From Octopus vulgaris (lineage: Eukaryota): a stretch of 64,000 bases of DNA. Under the pieces are notes generated by a model. It saw only the letters and a program-made list of their open reading frames with translations. It searched no databases and had not been told where the DNA came from. Positions within the stretch are counted from its first letter, which is position 1. Each line of letters begins with the position of its first letter. A program made the position numbers and the translations under genes. This document shows positions 52,601 through 64,000 of the stretch, piece by piece. The stretch is from positions 9,920,001 through 9,984,000 of the forward strand of contig OX597826.1 in the NCBI GenBank assembly GCA_951406725.2, given 5' to 3'.

Positions 52601-53597
52601 CTGTAGAAGGAGTGAATAGGTTTGTTCCAAAAGAACTCTTAATTACCTTAGCAACCAGCTATATATCTCTCCCCACCGTCTCTCTCATGAAGTATTCTGT
52701 CATAAATATTAGATTTTTTTTGTTTTTCACAGCAAAAATGATTTATTCCACTTTTGAAAATTATGCTTCCACTTAACACACAAATGAGGGAGAAACACTA
52801 GAAAAATTTAACTTCTTTCGTCATATTTTGTTTACAAAGAAAATTTTATCCTATATAATCCCTCTCTGACCTCCGCTCCAGTATCCTTGCTTGACCTTAT
52901 TTGCTGCTACTGCACTGATCTCTGTTTTTGGATGTTGATGATCTCATATCAGTGTCACTCAGATTCATCTTACCTACTTATCTCTCCTCATTTTACAATT
53001 CATATTGTGCCCAACCCTATCCATCCCTGACTCTGCACTAACCACTTCCATACTCCTTCCATTCCAGAGAATCAGTCCTCTGGAATTCCTTACTTGTCTA
53101 TATTCTTCTTCTTGTTTAGCCTATTGTCCATTCTGATTGAATAGATCCATGGTCAAAGAAAGGCATCGTAACCATGACCATCTCATCTTTTCTGTCATAT
53201 TTCTAGAATTATATTCTCGGCCCTTCCCATGTTAAGATAGTAAAGGACGGCTGAGAAATTCCCTCATTGGTTTGTCTCTGCACATGTTTTTCCAGCAACC
53301 CTTAGCTTGCACTGCCATGTAGATTTCACTGGTCTTGGAGGACCAAAGATGACCATACGTACCTTTCCCTTCCTCTGGATCAAAGCATTAAAATACAAAT
53401 AAGTTTCTACATGGTAGTTTGACTTGCTAGAAATAGTAGCCAAATCACTCTCAAATCACACTCTACCACTTTCTTAGAAAAGGACATTATGAATAATGTT
53501 GTATTGGGTTCTTTATATATCAGAATAAAGACAGAATGTCACAGATGGAACACCTTTGATCAGAGTTGACCTGGTGTTAGACACTAACATTAAAATA

Positions 53598-53631
<34 letters not shown>

Positions 53632-54581
53632 TTACAGACAAACCTGTGGAGTGGAAATTAATATTGGATCACTGGTTCATGGTTCAGGAATTTTAATATT
53701 TTGTAAATATTTGTAATTTGATGTGTCTCTGGATAGATCACTTTATTTACTTTAACCCATTCAGCTTTTGAGGAACGAATAGCAGAATTTGTGCAAAAAT
53801 TAACTGAGATAGATTGGCCCCTTATTCAGTACAAAATGGTTTCTAATTTGCCGAGTTAAACTATAGGAACCAGAATTAAGAACTGTTTCTTTTTGTGACA
53901 TTCTGTTCTGTTTTGTCTTGAGCCCTTGGCTCACCAGGCTGGTTACCTGGCTTCTATGGTATATATGTGACCAAGATCACACCATTCTTCCTGAACTGCA
54001 TGCTGGTCTGTTGCAGGGTTACCCATTTACAGCTGAGTGAACTGGAGTAATGTGAAATGAAGTGTTTTGTTCATGAACATATTGCACTGCCCAGTCTGGG
54101 AATTGAAACCATGATCTGATGACCATGAGTGCAACACCCTAATCACTAGGCCTTGTGCATTCACTTTCTCTTGAATTATCCACTTTTAATGGGGTTCACT
54201 TTTGTGTTTCATAGGCAGTAATACAGGAGGTTACTGATGTGATTGGGTAGGGTTAACTAACCAGTGTTTCACTTCACTTGTCAGCAGAGCCCCACAATTG
54301 GGTGGATTTGGGCTCTACTGTACCATAGTCAGCTGTTACATGCTGGTACAGATCATAGTCAATTAAACTGCTCCCAATATTTGACTGATCCTTTCTTTCA
54401 CCTTAGAAGGACAAAATGCTAAATCGCTGGCCATGGCTCTTAATACTTTAAATTCTGAACTGTTAAGAATCAAAACAAATACTGCAAGGCATTTTGTCCA
54501 GTACTCTAACATTTCTGCCAATACACCATCCAAGAACTAAGAACTGCTGAAGTTCATGAGAAAATGAAGTACCAATATATT

Positions 54582-55040
54582 AAGGCAGCAAGCTGATAGA
54601 GTCATTCCTACACTGAGAAAAATGCTTAGCAGTATTTCTTCTAATTTTATATTCTGAGTTCAAATACTGCCAGGGTTTAACTTTGCCTTTCATCCTTTTG
54701 GAATCAATAAAATAAGTACCAGTCAAGAACTGGGGTCAATGTAATCGACTCACACCTCCCCCAAAATTGCTGGCCGTGTACCAAAATTTGAAACCGATGT
54801 AGGTATTAATATAGGTATTGTCTTAAGGCAGCGAACTGGCAGAAACATTAGCATGCCAGGCAAAATGCTTAGCAGTATTCCATCTGTCTTTACATTCTGG
54901 GTTCAAATTTTGCCGAGGTTGACTTTGCCTTTCATCCTTTCGGGGGTCGATAAATTAAGTACCAGTTGTGTACTGGGGTCGATCTAATCGACTGGCCTTC
55001 TCTCCCAAAATTTTGGGCCTCATGCCCAGAGTAGAAAAGA
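54582..55040 (+). mobile_element. Two tandem SINE family A copies
   Basis: taaggcagc...ctttgcctttcatcc...taagtaccag occurs twice. Confidence 0.85.
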
Positions 55041-55124
55041 ACATGGGTATTGTCTTGTTCCAGGCCCAGTCTGATCAATTAAACCCTTAATCAAAGGTGT
55101 TCAAGCAAAAATAACCCAATACTT

Positions 55125-55505
55125 CTATCTTTTACTTGTTTCAGTCATTTGTCTGTGGCCATGCTGGGGCACTGCCTTGAGGAATATTTAGTCAAACGAA
55201 TCGACCCCTGTACTTATCTTTTAAGCTTGGTATTTATTCTATCATCTCTTTTGCTGAACTGCTAAGTTACAGGGACAAAAACACAACAATACTGGTTGTC
55301 AGGTAGTGATGGGGGACAAACACAGACACTAAGACACATATCTATACAATGGGCTTCTTTCAGTTTCCACCTACCAAATCCACTCACAAGGATTTTGTTC
55401 AGTCTGAGACTATAGTAGAAGACACTTGCCCAAGATGTCACACAGTGGGACTGAACATGGAACCATGTGGTTGGGGAGCAAGCTTCTTACCACACAGCCA
55501 CACCT
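55125..55505 (-). mobile_element. Full-length SINE family B
   Basis: Matches 6962-7370. Confidence 0.88.
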
Positions 55506-55659
55506 TTACCTATGTTGAATATCATTGACCAATATCTCCATATCTTTTTTCAAAACAGTAGGGTATCATTTGAGGGAGATTTAGTTGCTATTTCTAACAA
55601 GCTGAGAAACCACATAGTTAGCTGAACTATTAATGTAATAATTAACATCAAAATCAAAT

Positions 55660-55897
55660 GCACCCTTTTAAAGCCTAGCCAGGCTCATGGGCCTGGTTTC
55701 TATGGCGTATGTGTTCCCCAGCTGAACAGGACGCCAGTCCATCGCAGCGTTACTCATTTTTGCCAGCTGAGTGGACTGGCGCAACGTGAAATGAAGTTCT
55801 TTGCTCAAGAACAAAACGGGTTGCCTGGTCTAGGAATCGAAACCACAATCTTAAATTCATGATGCTGACACCTAACCACTAAGCCACGTACCTCCAC
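55660..55897 (-). mobile_element. tRNA-derived SINE family D
   Basis: Head gtggcttagtggttaggtgtcagc...ggtttcgattcc. Related copy at 53925-54160. Confidence 0.8.
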
Positions 55898-56387
55898 AAT
55901 AATTAACACAGATATAACTATAGTAGCTGTTGTTTTTTTAGCCTTAAGTCAGTTCTGATTGAGCAAATTAATGACTAAATGTATTCCTGTTGTGAATTTT
56001 CTGTATCTGTGACTCCATTGTCCCAGTTTCTTTCCTTTGACAATAAAGTGTGATTTGAAGGGAATTTGGCTTCTATTTCTAGCAAGTTAAATGACTTAGA
56101 GATTTTCTCATTGTGATTAATAACAGCATAATAGTTGAACAGCTGCACTGAGGTTCTCACATAGACTCGAGGTATTAACATAGTTTTTAACAGAGGTATT
56201 AATTTAGTGATTAGTTAAAGTATTAATGTACTAATTAGTAAAAGTATTAACATACTGATCATATAACATAGTGAGTAATATAGGTGTTAATACAATGTGG
56301 TGGTTTTTAATTTTCTGGAGGTGTTCATGCCTTGACACAAAAAAAAAAAAAAGCATCTGAATTTTTGGTGAAGGACTCTCTGGAGTA

Positions 56388-56680
56388 ATGTTACTTGACC
56401 GAGAGGGTGGCTTGAAGATTAGGGAGCTTCTCCAGGTCAAACAACTACTTCACTGCACTGAGGGGTCACAACTTTGGTGCTATGGACATGTGGTTAGAAT
56501 GTTGCAGGAAAGAATTACAAGACAGATTCTTCAAGCTGAGCCAACTGGCAGAAAATTTAAAGGTAGACAAAGAATGAAATGGCTGGATAATGTTCATTGT
56601 CTTAGTTGGTCACACAAGGGAATCCAGCTGAAAAGTATCATGGCACTTACTTCTGATTGGACCCTACGGAAAAGGTGTCT
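56388..56680 (+). mobile_element. RTE-clade LINE 3' fragment
   Basis: QLWCYGHVVRM..ERITRQIL.AEPTGRKFKGRQRMKWLDNV matches RLRWxGHxxRM...GxRxxGRPxxRWxD. Confidence 0.82.
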
Positions 56681-56725
56681 GAGTAATTTTTAAGTAAAAG
56701 TCATCAGTAATATTTAGACAGTTGT

Positions 56726-57225
56726 GGAAGGGCAGAGAATATAATTCTAGAAATATGACAGAAAAGATTAGATGATAATAGCTACCATGCCTTTCTTTGA
56801 CCATGGATCTATTCAATCAGAATGGACAATAGACTAAACAAGAATATAGACAAGTAAGGAATTCCAGAGGACTGATTCTCTGGAATGGAAGTGGTTAGTG
56901 CAGAGTCAGGGACGGATAGGGTTGGGCACAATATGAATTGTAAAATGAGGAGAGATAAGTAGGTAAGATGAATCTGAGTGACACTGATATGAGATCATCA
57001 ACATCCAAAAACAGAGATCAGTGCAGTAGCAGCAAATAAGGTCAAGCAAGGATACTGGAGCGGAGGTCAGAGAGGGATTATATAGGATAAAATTTTCTTT
57101 GTAAACAAAATATGACGAAAGAAGTTAAATTTTTCTAGTGTTTCTCCCTCATTTGTATGTTAAGTGGAAGCATAATTTTCAAAAGTGGAATAAATCATTT
57201 TTGCTGTGAAAAACAAAAAATCTAA
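56726..57225 (-). repeat. ~500-bp inverted duplication of 52709-53227
   Basis: High-identity reverse complement with small indels. Confidence 0.92.
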
Positions 57226-57516
57226 CATGGAATATTTTTATCTCCATGATCCTCCCAGAAATAGCAGAGAAAATGCATGGAAATAACATCAACCAGGATG
57301 AGATTCAATTTGCCAAGAAGTTACCTTTAATCTACAGCATGTTCCCAGAACAGGGATGATATTTCAAGAAGTATACGTTAAAAATTGAAAGTAAACAAAA
57401 AGTATGTGTGCTTTATTATACATGTAAGGAGAAGAAATAGAAATTAAATGGTAAAGCAAATGCTAGCATAGTTGATGTAGTAAAACAAGAAATTTATTTA
57501 ATTAAAATAGCCTTAA

Positions 57517-57718
57517 CCCTTTTGTTACCAAACTGGCTCTGAGTACAAATGTTTTGTTTTCATAAGTTTTGAATTAAAATCTTCCACCAAACCTTAGTCA
57601 CAATTTATGTTCCTAACACTAACTGACTGAACTAAGTTATTCTACTAAATTCTTTGCTATATTTAAAGTAATTGAATGAAACACAGAGCATCTCAAAATG
57701 AATACAGTAACGAAAGGG
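57517..57718. mobile_element. piggyBac-type MITE
   Basis: TTAA TSD, CCC/GGG ends; matches 29567-29781. Confidence 0.88.
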
Positions 57719-58461
57719 TTAAATCTTTTAAGTCTATGCTTCTCAAACTGAGAACTAGTCCAACCCCATAAAAAAAATAATAAAATAGAATTTTTTCCCT
57801 TTATCCCTCTTTATTAACAAGAAGACAAAAAGAATATTGCCTCCATATATATATTTCTTCTTTCTTTGCCATGGTTTAGGACAAGTTTTAAACCATGGTG
57901 ATTTTATTAAAGATGGTAATTTGCTCTCCTCTCATTCTTCCCTATGCCAACACTACATGAGAAACATTGATCTCTAAGCGGTAATTTTATTATTAGGTCA
58001 TTCTACCAATGATAAACACAAACACTGGTTCTATTTCACTTCTTTATTTCTCAGTTGGTTTACTATTTAGCTAATTAATTGATTGCTTGTTTAATCAATC
58101 GTTCAGTCAATCAACCAATCAGTTAAGTTTCAAGATCTCATCAATAACATACCTTTCCTACTCCAAGTCTGCTTTTGTCTCCTAGTGTTGTCAAATAGAA
58201 CCAATTCATGTGTTTATTATTTTCATAATGATCTTCCTGAGGTAAAACAAAGTGCGTCTACACATCAAGAATCTTGCAAGCCAAATACAAAACAATATAT
58301 TCTGAATGATTAATTCTGGCCAAAATAAATAAATTTTTAAAAAGGCAAGGGAGACAACACCGAAATTTTAATTCAAAGTGGAAGGTTGTGAGAAGTGTTA
58401 TGGTCTTTAATGGTATGAAAATAACCCCAGACATGTTTCAGTTTTGTCACTATTTTACAAA

Positions 58462-58490
58462 TTTTTTTGATTTTCTCTATACAGGTAAGT
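58462..58490 (+). other. Juxtaposed 3' and 5' splice sites (candidate recursive splice site)
   Basis: tttttttgattttctctatacAG|GTaagt. Confidence 0.45.
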
Positions 58491-60309
58491 GTGCGTGAAA
58501 AATTGCCTGGTTGTTGTTATTTTTTTTTCTTTACAATAATATGAGTTTATTGGAAATTTTGATAATTTAATAATTACATATATAACACGAATGTATATGA
58601 TACATATTTAATACAACACCATATTAAAATAGAAATCCAAAACCAAAGAAAACACAAACAAGGGTGAAGAAAGAAAGAAAGTTATTAGTTAACAAAATAA
58701 CTCATGAGAACAGAATTCTTAATGTTCTAAAATAACGGCTGTGACCAGGCAAATATCTTTTATTTTTTCCTATTATAGGCACAAGGCATACAATCTTTGG
58801 GATGGGACTAGTTGAAAACATGGACTCCAGTTCTCAACTGGTACAAGACCAGCATTTTCATGGAAAGTGGAATGTCGATTACAACAACCCTGGTGTTCAA
58901 CTCTTACCTATTTTATCAACTCCAAAAGGATCAAAGTCAACCTCATTGGCATTTTAACTTAGAATGTAAATCCAAAAGAAATTCCACTGAGTATTTTGTT
59001 CTGTGTGCTAATGATCCTGCCAGCTTGTTGCCTTTTGCTAAATAAATATTAATTCTAGTGATTACAGCATGGAAGACACTGCAACTTGGTTGCAATGGAA
59101 CTGTGTCTGGGAATGGATTACAGATATTGCAGCAAAAATTTTGACACCAGATAACAAAGGATTAAGTGGTTTAAAATTTTTTTTTTTTTTTTACATTTCA
59201 GTGTTGCTAGTATGTGTCTTCAATGCTGGAAATTGCTTTAGTTTCAACACCTTGTTTCAGACAAAATCATTTGCCAGTCCAGATAAATATATCACTGAAA
59301 TTCCAGTAGCTTCATCCAGGCTTCCAAAATCCTGAGGAACACTGCTCCCTCTTACCATAAGAAGATAACAACCATGCACCAACTTTGCTTCATGAAAATT
59401 GCTGTGGAACTCTGTCAGTGAAGAGGTTGCAGATGATGTGACAAAGATTTTGACATCAAAGAAAGCACCCACGCTGGTGCTTCATAAAGAGCATCCAGTA
59501 CACTCTGTAAAGTGGTTAGGATATCTGCTCAGAAACCATGCTAAAACAGACAATTGGAGTCTGGTGCAGCCCCTGGCCTTGCCAGTTCCTGTCAAATCAT
59601 CCAACCAATGCCAGTAAGGAAAACAGATGTTTGATGATGATGAAGACGACGATGATGAATAAATGTTTAAGTGAAGTTAACAGTTTTTGTGCATTTTTAA
59701 ATGGCTGATATGTGTCTTCCTTGCTGTAAATGTTTCAATTTCAGCACCTGGCCTCAAATTAACTTTCTTGCTTACCTTAGAAGTTAGGGATTTTGTGAAT
59801 CTGGAATGGAACCAGGTGTAACCATTTAAACCAGTTCACCATTTCCATGCATGAAAGAACATTGAGGATGCTGATGATGGTGATGGGAGTAGTGTTTGTA
59901 TAAATGATGATTGAAGGATCATCTTTGGAAATGATATTGTCAATTCTTCCTTTCAGCATAGCTAAAAAATTTGTCTGTACTTGCCCTTGTTTGTCTTGGC
60001 TTTGACTTGATTTAACTCTGAATTTAGTGAACAAAATTAAAAAGGAAGACTACAGATGACAAGGCAATGAGATAATTTCTATATGCCAGGAATGGCAACT
60101 GAGTTCACCATTAAAACCACACTTTAGTCTTTAAAAATGGATAATTAGTTCTGAGTTCTTGAAAAATACTTGATGGTCTTGGCTTGAAAACCCTGGATTT
60201 TAGGTTCGCTCAGTCTGAGTTCACCCGGTGCTAAACAATAACAACTGATGATTTAATTGAAAAAGTTTCAAACTAGTTATTAAGTTACTGAGGTTGCGTT
60301 GTGCCTTAA

Positions 60310-60529
60310 CCCTTTCATTACCAACCCGGCAGAAACCAGCCCTGGCTCCGAGTACAAATGTCTTGTTTTCATATGTTTTGAATTAAAATCTTCCACCAAA
60401 CCTTAATCACAATTTATGTTCCTAACACTTGCTTAATGATAACTAAATTATTTTACTAAATTCTTTGTTATATTTAAAATAATTGAAAGAAACACAGAGA
60501 ATCTCAAAATAAATACAGTAATGAAAGGG
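60310..60529. mobile_element. piggyBac-type MITE
   Basis: TTAA TSD, CCC/GGG ends. Confidence 0.88.
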
Positions 60530-60954
60530 TTAAATAAGAAGCTAAACTGCTCTGCCTCGTTTATGTGACAGCATTCAGGTAAGAAAGAAAGATAAAATGT
60601 GAGAGTTGATTGAACATTTCAAAAGTAGCATCATTGTCCACAACTTTGGGATCAAATTCCATCTTACAAAAGAGGTGAAAGAAAAAAATTGTAAATTTTT
60701 GTTTTAATTAGATTTAATAAATTATTTTGCAACTAATCCTACTTCTATATCTTATTCCATTCTTATATTATTTATTTGTTTCTTAAAAACTTATTCACTG
60801 TTCACTTCCTGTGTATATTTTGTGTACTGTTTATGGAGTTTTGGTGACTTTTTCTGATGAGTTGTACTGCACCTGAGCACTGTATACAATAAGTTCATTA
60901 TTATATTATTTTAGTATGTATTCATTTTATTTTTAAGAATCATATTCGATGACT

Positions 60955-61527
60955 GGCATCTGTGCTAACGGGGTGCAAAGAGCACCATACGAGTGTGATC
61001 GTTGACAGAGCAGCTAACCAGCTTCCGTGCCAGTGGCACATAAAATGCACCATTTGAGTGTGATCGTTACCAGCATCGCCTTACTGGCACTTGTGCCCGT
61101 GCTAGTAGGGTGCCCATGATAGTAGGGTGCCCATGCTAGTAGGGTGCCCATGATAGTAGGGTGCCCATGCTAGTAGGGTGCTAAGAGCACCATCCAAGCG
61201 TGATCGTTGCCAGAGCGGCTAACTGGCTTCCATGCCGGTGGCACGTAAAAGGCACCATTCGAGCGTGATCATTACCAGCATTGCCTTACTGGCACCTGAG
61301 CTGGTGGCATGTGTAAAAAGATTCGAGCGAGGTCATTGCCAGTACCGCCTAACTGGCCCCCGTGCTGGTAGCACGTAAAAAGCACCCACTACACTCTTGG
61401 AGTGGTTGACGTTAGGAAGGGCGTCCAGCTGTAGACATTCTGCCAGATCAAGATTGGAGCCTGGTGCAGCCATCTGGTTCACCAGCCCTCAGTCAAAATC
61501 GTCCAACCCATGCTAGCATGGAAAGTG
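60955..61527 (+). mobile_element. SINE family C with expanded internal repeats
   Basis: Multiple caccat..gagcgtgatcgtt units, a 17-bp minisatellite and an RTE-like tail. Confidence 0.85.
61101..61182. repeat. 17-bp minisatellite, ~5 units alternating GC/GA
   Basis: gctagtagggtgcccat alternates with gatagtagggtgcccat. Confidence 0.9.
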
Positions 61528-61631
61528 GTAAAAATATGCTTAATGATTAGAAGTTTGTTTTTAAAATAATCTGAAGTGTATATGTAGATTTCTTTTTATA
61601 TAGAGCACCATCATTTTATTACATGTATAAC

Positions 61632-62000
61632 ATCATCATCATCATCATCATCATCGTTTAACGTCCGTTCTCCATGCTAGCATGGGTTGGACGGTTCGAC
61701 CAGAGATCTGGGAAGCCAGAAGGCTGCACCAGGCTCCAGTCTTATCTGGCAATGTTTCTACAGCTGGATGCCCTTCCTAACGCCAACCACTCCGTGAGTG
61801 TAGTGGGTGCTTTTTACGTGCCACCTGCACTGGAGCCAGGCGAGGCTGGCATCGGCCACGGTCGGATTGGTGCATTTTATGTGTCACCTGCACAGGAGCC
61901 AGTCGAGGCGGCACTAGCTTCGGCCACGACTCGGATGATGTTTTTTATGTGCCACCGACACGGAAGCCAGTCGAGGTGGCGCTGGCATTGGCCACGATTC
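61632..62000 (-). mobile_element. RTE-tailed SINE (family C variant)
   Basis: (CAT)n-gtttaacgtccg...ccatgctagcatgggttgg tail followed by GC-rich internal units. Confidence 0.85.
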
Positions 62001-62705
62001 GGATATATGTATATAATACATATATAATACAAAACCAGATTAAAATCCAAATCCAAACCTGAAGAAAACACCAACATGAGTGAAGGAAAAGAAGAAATGA
62101 AGAAAAAGAGGAAGAAAGAAAGAAAAAGACCAATTCTAGAACAAGTGCTTCAGTTGATCGCACACCACAAGATTCAACAAAATTACTGAAGCAAGCCAAC
62201 ATGCTTGTGGCATTACCATGGACAGTGATGCGGCTAAGGCATTGGAACTGTTAAGCACCCTCGTGGGCATCACCTGACACCTCGGTAAGGTGAGCTGCCA
62301 ATGATGACAAGAACTTTGCTGTTAATGGCCCAACTCCTCTAAACATCTCTAACACCAGAGGTTGGAAGAAATGGTTCACTGACAAATCCCTATACTTAAG
62401 GATTTTGTTCTGTTCAGCTACAGAAGCAGTGAAAATTCATATTCGTTAATGACCAATACTATTTCTCTTTGGGCCTCTTTATGTTTTGATTTTAAATATT
62501 TCTGCAGTTAATTTCACTTTTTATCCTTCAGACTCAATTAAATGAAGTACCAGTCAAGAACTGAGGTCAATTTTAATCTTCTGTCATAATTTAGTTCTCA
62601 TTTTTTGATGCACCATGGCAACAGTTCCCAAATTTATTTTGATGCAGAACCCATATATGTTCTTCAAAAACATCACTGAACCCACGTACATCACTGCCAT
62701 TGAAA

Positions 62706-62718
62706 TACTACTACTACA

Positions 62719-62778
<60 letters not shown>
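62706..62778. repeat. (TAC)n microsatellite
   Basis: Direct inspection. Confidence 0.97.
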
Positions 62779-62780
<2 letters not shown>

Positions 62781-63104
62781 AATTTTAGTAAGACAGTAAA
62801 TGAAAGCAGAGAGAAAATTTGTTCATATAACAATCAAATCCTACTAATAATTCTTTTTAAATTTAGCACAAGGCCAGCAATTTTGATGGGGTAGTCAATC
62901 ACATCAACTGCTGTTGAACTGGTATTTATTTTATCAACCCCAACAGATTGAAACAAAGTCGACTTCAGCAGCATTTGAACTCAGAATGTAACATGCCAGA
63001 ATAAATACTGCTTAGCACTTTTGTCTGATGCAGTAATGATTCTGCCAGTTCACCACCTTCATGATGATGATGATGATGATAATAATATTATAATATATAT
63101 ATAT

Positions 63105-63385
63105 ATCACCGTGACTGACCAGGCTCTCAGATGTTGCTACACATCGCTGATCACAATGCGCTTCCCATTGTTTTAGCCTCCAAATGACACCACCCTGCTG
63201 GCTAAGTGAGCAGGCCAACAGAAGAAAGAGTGAGAGAAAGTTGTGGCGAAAGAGTACAGCAGGGATTGCCCCCCCCCCCTGCAGGAGCCTCGTGGAGCTT
63301 TAGGTATTTTCGCTCAATAAACACTCACAATGCTCAGTCTGGGAATCAAAACTGCAAGTCCACTGCCCTAACCACTGGGCCATTT
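63105..63385 (-). mobile_element. OR-like SINE, second tail type
   Basis: Shares head and body with 30369-30560 but carries a different 3' tail. Confidence 0.85.
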
Positions 63386-63801
63386 CACCTTCATATATAT
63401 ATATGTATAAAATCAAATATATATCAATCAACTGCTCAGGCAAACTAATACTGTTTGATAATGGGCCAGTAACCAGAAGACTAAAATAATCAATAACTTT
63501 TGAGGAATTAGATGAATATTGTAATAACCCTATTTCATATGTATCTGTATATTCAGGTCAGAACTTCACACCATAAAAACTGTGTTAAAAATATTTGCAA
63601 GCTCAAAAATTTAGTGAGTACCTTGGAGAGCTTTTAATAAAAAAAAAAACTGGTAAGAGTAACCAACAAATAAAAACCAGTTAAGTACAGGATTAAATAC
63701 CTTATGACTACACACACACACAAATAAATGTACCTTAATTAAAGAATTAAAACTATTTCCAGAAGGAGGGAAAGAGAGGTGCTATTATTTGGTATAGGAA
63801 A

Positions 63802-64000
63802 AAGGCGGCGAGCTGGCAGAAACGTTAGCACACTGGGCGAAATGCTTCGTGGTATTTCGTCTGCCGCTATGTTCTGAATTCAAATTCCGCCGAGGTCGAC
63901 TTCGCCTTTCATCTTTTCGGGGTCGATAAATTAAGTACCAGTTACGCACTGGGGTCGATATAATCGACTTAATCCGTTTGTCTGTCCTTGTTTGTACTCT
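63802..64000 (+). mobile_element. SINE family A (runs off window)
   Basis: aaggcggcgagctggcagaaacgttagc... Confidence 0.92.

Noticed and set aside
1-64000. Conserved bilaterian miRNAs, snRNAs or rRNA
   Set aside because: None recognised by eye; lineage-specific miRNAs cannot be excluded without small-RNA data.

Overview
This is AT-rich, repeat-saturated eukaryotic DNA, most consistent with an octopus (coleoid cephalopod) intergenic or intronic region. That inference rests on OK/OR-type tRNA-derived SINEs, dense (TA)n/(CA)n/(GAT)n microsatellites and decayed mariner/RTE/CR1 fragments. I cannot support any intact host protein-coding exon; nearly all ORF-track entries are microsatellite or SINE read-throughs. 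Recognisable content: two decayed mariner transposases, CR1- and RTE-type LINE 3' fragments, several SINE families, piggyBac-, Merlin-, hAT- and pogo-like MITEs, and some repeat-poor CpG-richer islands that may be non-coding first exons. The most interesting signals are RNA-structural. (1) Short (TA)n-embedded Penelope-like/retrozyme-like inserts carry minimal type I hammerhead ribozymes (two with complete cores) and long hairpins. (2) An abundant ~190-bp repeat with no tRNA head begins with an HDV-ribozyme-like fold, and its GCTAGAAATAGCAGCCAAA motif is shared with those inserts. (3) There is a candidate recursive splice site. (4) There are several template-switch rearrangements. Coordinates of decayed repeats are approximate.
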